Shown here: in pieces, positions 59,073-64,000 of the stretch | Layout: each line of letters opens with the position of its first letter | How positions within the stretch are numbered: position 1 is the stretch's first letter | Assembly: GCA_944386165.1 (NCBI GenBank) | Contig: CALXAA010000005.1 | Coordinates: 3,328-67,327, forward strand | Length of the DNA: 64,000 bases | Direction: 5' to 3' | Source: an uncultured Clostridia bacterium | Lineage (GTDB): Bacteria > Bacillota > Clostridia > TANB77 > CAG-508 | Position numbers and translations under genes: made by a program | Notes under the pieces: model-generated | Seen by the model: only the letters and a program-made list of their open reading frames with translations | Told to the model about the DNA's origin: nothing | Database searches by the model: none

Positions 59073-59657
59073 ATGATTGTAAAAAATCCACAATTTGAAG
59101 TTTCTGCTGTTAATAAAAAGCAATATCCAAATAATGGCTTACCAGAAGTTGTTTTAGTTGGTAAATCTAATGTTGGGAAATCTAGTTTTATAAATACTAT
59201 GATTAATAGAAAAAAATTAGCTCGTACTAGTAGTGAGCCTGGCAAAACTCGTCAACTTAATTTTTATAATATTGATAATTTATTTTATTTTGTTGATTTG
59301 CCTGGATATGGTTTTAGCAAAATGTCTAAACAAGAACAGGTTAAAGTTGGTGAATTTATAGAAGATTATTTGAAAAATCGTAAAGAAATTTGTTTGATTA
59401 TTTTTTTAGTTGATATAAGACATGACCCAACTTCAAATGATTATTTAATGTATGATTATGTTGTTAGAAGTGGTCTTCCTTTTATGATTTTAGCTAATAA
59501 AGCTGATAAAATTGCTAAGACTAAAGTAAATGATACTGCTAAAAATATTCAAAAACAACTTAATCCTATTGGAGATATTCCTACTCTTCCATTTTCTTCT
59601 GAGAATAAGATTTATTCTGATGATGTGTGGAAAATAATTGAAGAACATATTAATTAA
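59073..59657 (+). CDS. engB: ribosome biogenesis GTPase EngB (YsxC/YihA)
   Basis: G1 GKSNVGKSS, G3 DLPGYG, G4 NKADK. Confidence 0.93.
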   Translation: MIVKNPQFEVSAVNKKQYPNNGLPEVVLVGKSNVGKSSFINTMINRKKLARTSSEPGKTRQLNFYNIDNLFYFVDLPGYGFSKMSKQEQVKVGEFIEDYLKNRKEICLIIFLVDIRHDPTSNDYLMYDYVVRSGLPFMILANKADKIAKTKVNDTAKNIQKQLNPIGDIPTLPFSSENKIYSDDVWKIIEEHIN

Positions 59658-59675
59658 TGTGAAAAAAGCTGATGT

Positions 59676-59864
59676 TTATTTATCAGCTTTTTTCTCTATT
59701 TTTGTTATTGCTTTTAATGCTTTAGGTCTTTCAAGCACAACAATATGTCCACAACCTTGGCATTTTAATTTAAAGTCAACACCTACTCTTGTGATTTCCC
59801 ATAATTTGCAACCACAAGGATGAGGCTTTTTAGTTCTTACTATATCTCCAACATTGTACTCCAT
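59676..59864 (-). CDS. DUF951-family small protein
   Basis: 62 aa with KKPHPCG..W.I.R.G.D..L.C..CG, a Cys4-like pattern recalled for DUF951. Convergent with engB and sharing a hairpin terminator. Confidence 0.6.
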   Translation of the reverse strand: MEYNVGDIVRTKKPHPCGCKLWEITRVGVDFKLKCQGCGHIVVLERPKALKAITKIEKKADK

Positions 59865-59888
59865 ATTGTTGCTCCTTTCCCCTAGTTT

Positions 59889-61550
59889 TTATTTCAAATT
59901 TTCAATTGCTTTTTCAAAACGTTTTTGTATTCTTTCTTTTCCAAGAACTTTCATAATTTCATACATATCTGGTGTATTTGTTCTAGATGTTAAAGCAACT
60001 CTTAATACTGTACTTACATCTCCTACATGAGCTTTATATTTTCCTGGGTTTGCTTTAAATTCTTTTACTTCTCCTGCATATCCTTTTTCTACTGATAATT
60101 GTTTTATTTTGTCAAACCAAGTTTGCTTATCATCTTCTTCATTATAATATTTTTCTATATATGAGTTTAAAATTTCTTTTATTTCGTCTTTTTCTGATAT
60201 TGCAGGTTGATATGGATAATCTTGTTCTTTACTGTAAAATTTTTCGTCATACATATATTCAATGTTATACATTACATCAGACCATTTTGAAATGTCTTTT
60301 CTAGGTTTTTTGTTTCCTCTCTCTATTCCAAATACTTTTAATGCATATTCTTTGTCTTTTAACATTTCTGCTAATTCTGAGTCATATTCTTTTGCCCATG
60401 TTAAAGTTTTTTCATAAACTTCTTCTGCTGTCATTTTTGATATTACTGTTTTTCCAATATCTAGAAGTTTAACCATATCAAATAATGCTCCACTTACACT
60501 CATTTTGTTTAATTGAAAATCAAATTCGTCTATTGATTTATCTGGATTTGCTCTTCTCCAATTTTCAAATGTAGAGTTTGCAATATTTAGTAAATATTCT
60601 TTTACAGCTAATGGTGGTATTCCTTCTTTTTTGTAATATTCTACTGCAGCTTCTGGATCTTTTCTTTTACTTAATTTACGTTTTCCACCATTGTCATTTT
60701 TCATAATTGGTGAAATGTGTGCATATTTAGGTGCTTTAAATCCTAACTCTTGGAATAATTGTAAGTGTAATGGTACTGATGATAACCATTCATCACTTCT
60801 AATTACATGTGTTGTATGCATTAAGTGGTCATCAACTGCATGTGCGAAATGATATGTTGGTAGTCCATCTGCTTTGATTATTACTATATCTAAATCGTTT
60901 TCTGGGAAGTCTACATTTCCTTTTATTATGTCTTTGTGTTTTATTTTTCTGTCTTCTCTTCCTGGTGATTTAAATCTTACAATATATTGTTCCCCATTTT
61001 TTATTTTTTGTATTGCTTCTTCAACAGATAAATTTCTACATTTTGCCCATACTCCATAATATCCTGGTCTTATTTTTGCTTCTTCTTGTTTTTTTCTTTG
61101 TTCTTCTCCTTCTTCTGGTGTGCAAAAACATGGATATGCTTTTCCTTGTGCAATTAAATATTTTGCATAAGCTTGATATATCTCTTTTCTTAGAGATTGT
61201 TTGTATGGTCCATATGATCCTTTTTCTTCTGTATCTGAAATCATTCCTTCATCAGGTGCCATATCAAAGTCTATTAGTGAATTTACAATATCTGTTACAC
61301 CATTTTTTATTTCTCTTTTTTGGTCTGTGTCTTCAACTCTTAAGAAAAATACTCCATTTGTTCTTTTTGCACATTCTATTGCTACTAGTGCTTGATATAA
61401 TCCTCCTATATGTACAAATCCTGTAGGACTTGGTGCAAATCTTGTTACTATTGCCCCTTCTGGTAAATTTCTTTCAGGATATTTTTCTTCATAATATGAT
61501 ATATCTTTCGCATTTGGAAAGATTAATTCTGCTAAATCTTTGTAATCCAT
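59889..61550 (-). CDS. gltX: glutamyl-tRNA synthetase (long form)
   Basis: Class I HIGH-type motif (PSPTGFVHIGG) and KMSKS-type motif (KLSKR). Start set at MDYKDLAE, 9 nt after AAGGA. Confidence 0.9.
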   Translation of the reverse strand: MDYKDLAELIFPNAKDISYYEEKYPERNLPEGAIVTRFAPSPTGFVHIGGLYQALVAIECAKRTNGVFFLRVEDTDQKREIKNGVTDIVNSLIDFDMAPDEGMISDTEEKGSYGPYKQSLRKEIYQAYAKYLIAQGKAYPCFCTPEEGEEQRKKQEEAKIRPGYYGVWAKCRNLSVEEAIQKIKNGEQYIVRFKSPGREDRKIKHKDIIKGNVDFPENDLDIVIIKADGLPTYHFAHAVDDHLMHTTHVIRSDEWLSSVPLHLQLFQELGFKAPKYAHISPIMKNDNGGKRKLSKRKDPEAAVEYYKKEGIPPLAVKEYLLNIANSTFENWRRANPDKSIDEFDFQLNKMSVSGALFDMVKLLDIGKTVISKMTAEEVYEKTLTWAKEYDSELAEMLKDKEYALKVFGIERGNKKPRKDISKWSDVMYNIEYMYDEKFYSKEQDYPYQPAISEKDEIKEILNSYIEKYYNEEDDKQTWFDKIKQLSVEKGYAGEVKEFKANPGKYKAHVGDVSTVLRVALTSRTNTPDMYEIMKVLGKERIQKRFEKAIENLK

Positions 61551-61612
61551 TTTCAACATTCCTTGCTTTTTATATTTAGTTTTTGGTTTTAAACTATAAC
61601 CTTTTATTTTTT

Positions 61613-61674
61613 GTTGTCAAAATCTCCGTCCCTATTGACATTTTTCGTTGTCAAAACTTCCGTTCCCATTGACA
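61613..61674. repeat. two tandem direct copies of the REP-like repeat
   Basis: GTTGTCAAAATCTCCGTCCCTATTGACA (61613-61640) and GTTGTCAAAACTTCCGTTCCCATTGACA (61647-61674), with a 6-nt spacer. Located between the gltX start and the amylase stop. Confidence 0.9.
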
Positions 61675-61716
61675 CAAAAGTTATTATACTATAATATTGC
61701 TTATTTTTCAAGTATT

Positions 61717-63171
61717 CTAGCTATATATATTTTCTTTTTTTACCCAAATTGATACACTTCCACCATTACAATAAAATATTCCGTTTCCGTCTTGGTCTAC
61801 ATATACTGTTTCTTGAACATTTCCTGTGTAGTCATAAAATACTGTGTTTGCAAGTTTTTTTCCTACATTCATCATTTTAGATCCTCCTGGTCCATCACTT
61901 AGAATTACAACCATTCCTGAATCTATATGTTCATTGTCTCCTGTTCTTACCCATGCTATAACATCATGATGGTTAAAATAGTCTATTTGGTCTCCATATG
62001 CAAAGTATTTTCTTGCTTTTATTATTTTTTCTAACTTTTCTCCCATTGGTTTTATATTGTGTGCTGGAACTCCATAAAAATCTCCATAAAATACACATGG
62101 AAGTCCTTCTTTTCTAAGTAGTATCAATGCATATGCTAATGGTTTGAACCATTCTTGTACCCATGAAAATAGTGCTTGTCCTGGCTCAGTATCATGATTA
62201 TCTACAAATGTTACTGCTAGACTTGGCATATCTTTTACAAGTGTATAGTCAAAAATTCTAGCCATATCATAATTTCCATTGCTTGTTGATGCTTGGTATA
62301 GGTTATAATGTAGTGGTACATCAAATAATGGAATACTTGAATTTGTTTTTGTTATATAGTTTTCTAATGTTTTTAAATCTCTATTCCAGTATTCTGCAAC
62401 ACAGTCTATAGGTTTAATCTTTCTCATATTGTGTATAAAATCTGCCATAAATCCAGATTTTATATGTTTTACAGCATCTAATCTGAATGCATCTACATTT
62501 GTGGTTTCAATATACCATTTTCCCCACTTGTTTATTTCTTCAACTACTTCTGGATTGTTAAAATCAATATCTGCTCCCATTAAATAATCAAAATTCCCAT
62601 TTTCTTTATCTACATTTTGGTCCCAATGTTTGCCACTAAATCTAAAAATTCCATTTTTTCTTCCGCTTTCGTCCCAGTCTGTTCCATTAAAATGACTATA
62701 ATTCCATTTGAAATCTGAATATTTATTGTTTCTTCCTTTAAAGTTGTATACTGTCCATGCTGTAATTTTTTTTGGTAGTGATGTGTCTACATTTCTATTG
62801 TTTTGCTGTTCTTCACTGGCATATACTGTTTCTGATTCATCTGCTCCTATTTTGTGATTTAATACAATGTCAGCATATACTTTTATATTATTAGCATGTA
62901 ATTCTTTTATTGCATTTAAATATTCTTCTTTTGTTCCGTATTTTGTTCCTATTGTTCCTTTTTGGTAAAATTCTCCTAAGTCATATAAATCATATGCAGA
63001 ATATCCTACATCATATTTTCCTCCAGCTCCTTTATATGCTGGAGGTAGCCAAATGTCTGTTATTCCTATTGCTGAAAGATATTTTGCATTTATTGCAACT
63101 TTATTCCATAATTTACTTTCTGGTTTTAAATACCATTCAAAGTATTGCATTAGTATTCTATTTTCTTTCAT
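61717..63171 (-). CDS. cytoplasmic alpha-amylase (GH13, B. licheniformis/E. coli AmyA type)
   Basis: MQYFEWYL start without a signal peptide. Conserved regions DIVLNH, AFRLDAVKHI, VAEYW, FVDNHDT. Confidence 0.9.
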   Translation of the reverse strand: MKENRILMQYFEWYLKPESKLWNKVAINAKYLSAIGITDIWLPPAYKGAGGKYDVGYSAYDLYDLGEFYQKGTIGTKYGTKEEYLNAIKELHANNIKVYADIVLNHKIGADESETVYASEEQQNNRNVDTSLPKKITAWTVYNFKGRNNKYSDFKWNYSHFNGTDWDESGRKNGIFRFSGKHWDQNVDKENGNFDYLMGADIDFNNPEVVEEINKWGKWYIETTNVDAFRLDAVKHIKSGFMADFIHNMRKIKPIDCVAEYWNRDLKTLENYITKTNSSIPLFDVPLHYNLYQASTSNGNYDMARIFDYTLVKDMPSLAVTFVDNHDTEPGQALFSWVQEWFKPLAYALILLRKEGLPCVFYGDFYGVPAHNIKPMGEKLEKIIKARKYFAYGDQIDYFNHHDVIAWVRTGDNEHIDSGMVVILSDGPGGSKMMNVGKKLANTVFYDYTGNVQETVYVDQDGNGIFYCNGGSVSIWVKKENIYS

Positions 63172-63270
63172 TTGTTCATTTCCTTTATTTTTTATATCTA
63201 TAATATACTATAAAAAATAAAAAAAATCAACTTAATCCAAAAATTCCAATATGTCTGTTTTTTTGGTTAT

Positions 63271-63669
63271 TTAAATTTCTTGAAATATATATGGATTTGA
63301 GCTCATATCATCTACAATATCTTCTAATAGTTCTCCCTTATCTTCTCTATTTTTTATGTAGTTTTCTATTTCGTAATCATCTAAATTTAGTATATAAGGA
63401 TTTCCATCAAATAATATGTTTAATGTGTCAAAACCTAATTCTTCTAATTTTTTTATTAATTTTTCTATGTCTGTATTACTTCTATCTAGATATTGTGCAT
63501 TACTACTTATTATATTTCTAATTTGAATTTCATCACATTTTATATTTTTTAATATTTCTATTTTTTCTAATATTTCTTTTGCTTCTAATTCTTTTATATT
63601 ATGGCAAATTTCCTCCATTTGTTCTATTGTATTATCACTTATTCCTATTTTTCTTAATATTTCTTCCAT
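63271..63669 (-). CDS. hypothetical protein (132 aa, helical repeat-like)
   Basis: Intact ORF with a GAAGGTG SD, 20 nt downstream of the preceding reading frame. Confidence 0.5.
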   Translation of the reverse strand: MEEILRKIGISDNTIEQMEEICHNIKELEAKEILEKIEILKNIKCDEIQIRNIISSNAQYLDRSNTDIEKLIKKLEELGFDTLNILFDGNPYILNLDDYEIENYIKNREDKGELLEDIVDDMSSNPYIFQEI

Positions 63670-63688
63670 TTTACACCTTCACTTTTCT

Positions 63689-64000
63689 TTATTTCCTTTG
63701 TTCTTTATTTCTAATTGCCTTTTGATGTTTTGCTTGTTCTTCATCTATTTCTATTCCATTATCTTTATAAAACATATATCTTGCATAACTTAATGCTGTA
63801 CTTTGCATTAATTGCTTTGAATCTTTTACTGCTAATGAATGTAGTCCAATAGAATCATAAAACTTTATTTTCTGTTTTATGTGGATGTTTTAATGTTTAC
63901 TAAATATATTTCTTATGAAAACAAGAACTTTTTCATACCATTTTTGTTTTTCTACATTTACTAAAGATTTGTTTTTTACTTCTTCATTATTATTATTTGT
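63689..64000 (-). pseudogene. 5'-truncated (window edge) reading frame interrupted by an in-frame TAA
   Basis: The minus-strand frame reads ...EKVLVFIRNIFSKH-TAA(63890-63892)-NIHIKQKIKFYDSIGLHSLAVKDSKQLMQSTALSYARYMFYKDNGIEIDEEQAKHQKAIRNKEQRK-TAA(63689-63691). The two parts share the same frame, and there is no plausible start or SD after the internal stop. Confidence 0.45.

Noticed and set aside
59015-59245. 76-aa minus-strand ORF overlapping the engB 5' end
   Set aside because: It is antisense to a clearly conserved GTPase gene and spans the serS terminator, with no translation signals.
19004-61674. The 28-30 nt repeats as a CRISPR array or array remnants
   Set aside because: Copies are scattered over 42 kb with whole genes between them and occur in both orientations and as inverted doublets. 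Spacers range from 6 nt to many kb, and no cas genes or leader are present. The RAYT-type gene flanked by inverted copies gives a better explanation.
63890-63892. Stop-codon reassignment (alternative genetic code) to explain the in-frame TAA
   Set aside because: TAA, TAG and TGA all terminate conserved full-length genes in this window at the expected positions (tuf, fusA, rpsL, lepA, serS), so the standard bacterial code applies.

Overview
AT-rich (roughly 70-75% A+T by eye) chromosomal segment of a low-GC Firmicute, probably Clostridia-like (gatCAB, yaaL-bofA pair, sortase, Gram-positive type EF-Tu/EF-G/S7/S12 cluster). It holds about 50 protein genes, most on the minus strand. Most are housekeeping: lepA, gatC-gatA...gatB, rnc-acpP-plsX, tuf-fusA-rpsG-rpsL, trmFO, serS, engB, gltX, a SNF2/SWIM helicase and one tRNA-Gly(UCC). 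Interspersed are two ABC exporter pairs, a 2710-aa cyclic-beta-1,2-glucan-synthase-like protein, a cytoplasmic GH13 amylase, a GH3 hexosaminidase, several large lineage-specific coiled-coil ORFs, and a RhuM island at the left edge. The main signal is not in the ORF track. A dispersed 28-30 nt hairpin repeat (consensus GTTGTCAAAATCTCCGTCCCCATTGACAAC) occurs as 10 near-identical copies at six intergenic loci. Two inverted copies bracket the only IS200-like Y1 (HUH) transposase in the window. This is the architecture of a REP/RAYT (REPtron) system. The same inverted-pair architecture recurs with a 10-nt spacer (empty doublet) and with an xre-type regulator as cargo, and copies also bound a yefM-yoeB toxin-antitoxin cassette. 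Other notable points are two GC-richer orphan gene cassettes with near-consensus promoters, a triplet of 23-bp direct repeats phased at exactly 33 bp in a 700-bp divergent regulatory region, and four decayed genes (yoeB frameshift in an A7 run, bofA frameshift, a rhuM fragment, and an in-frame TAA at the right edge). No rRNA, CRISPR array or cas genes were seen.
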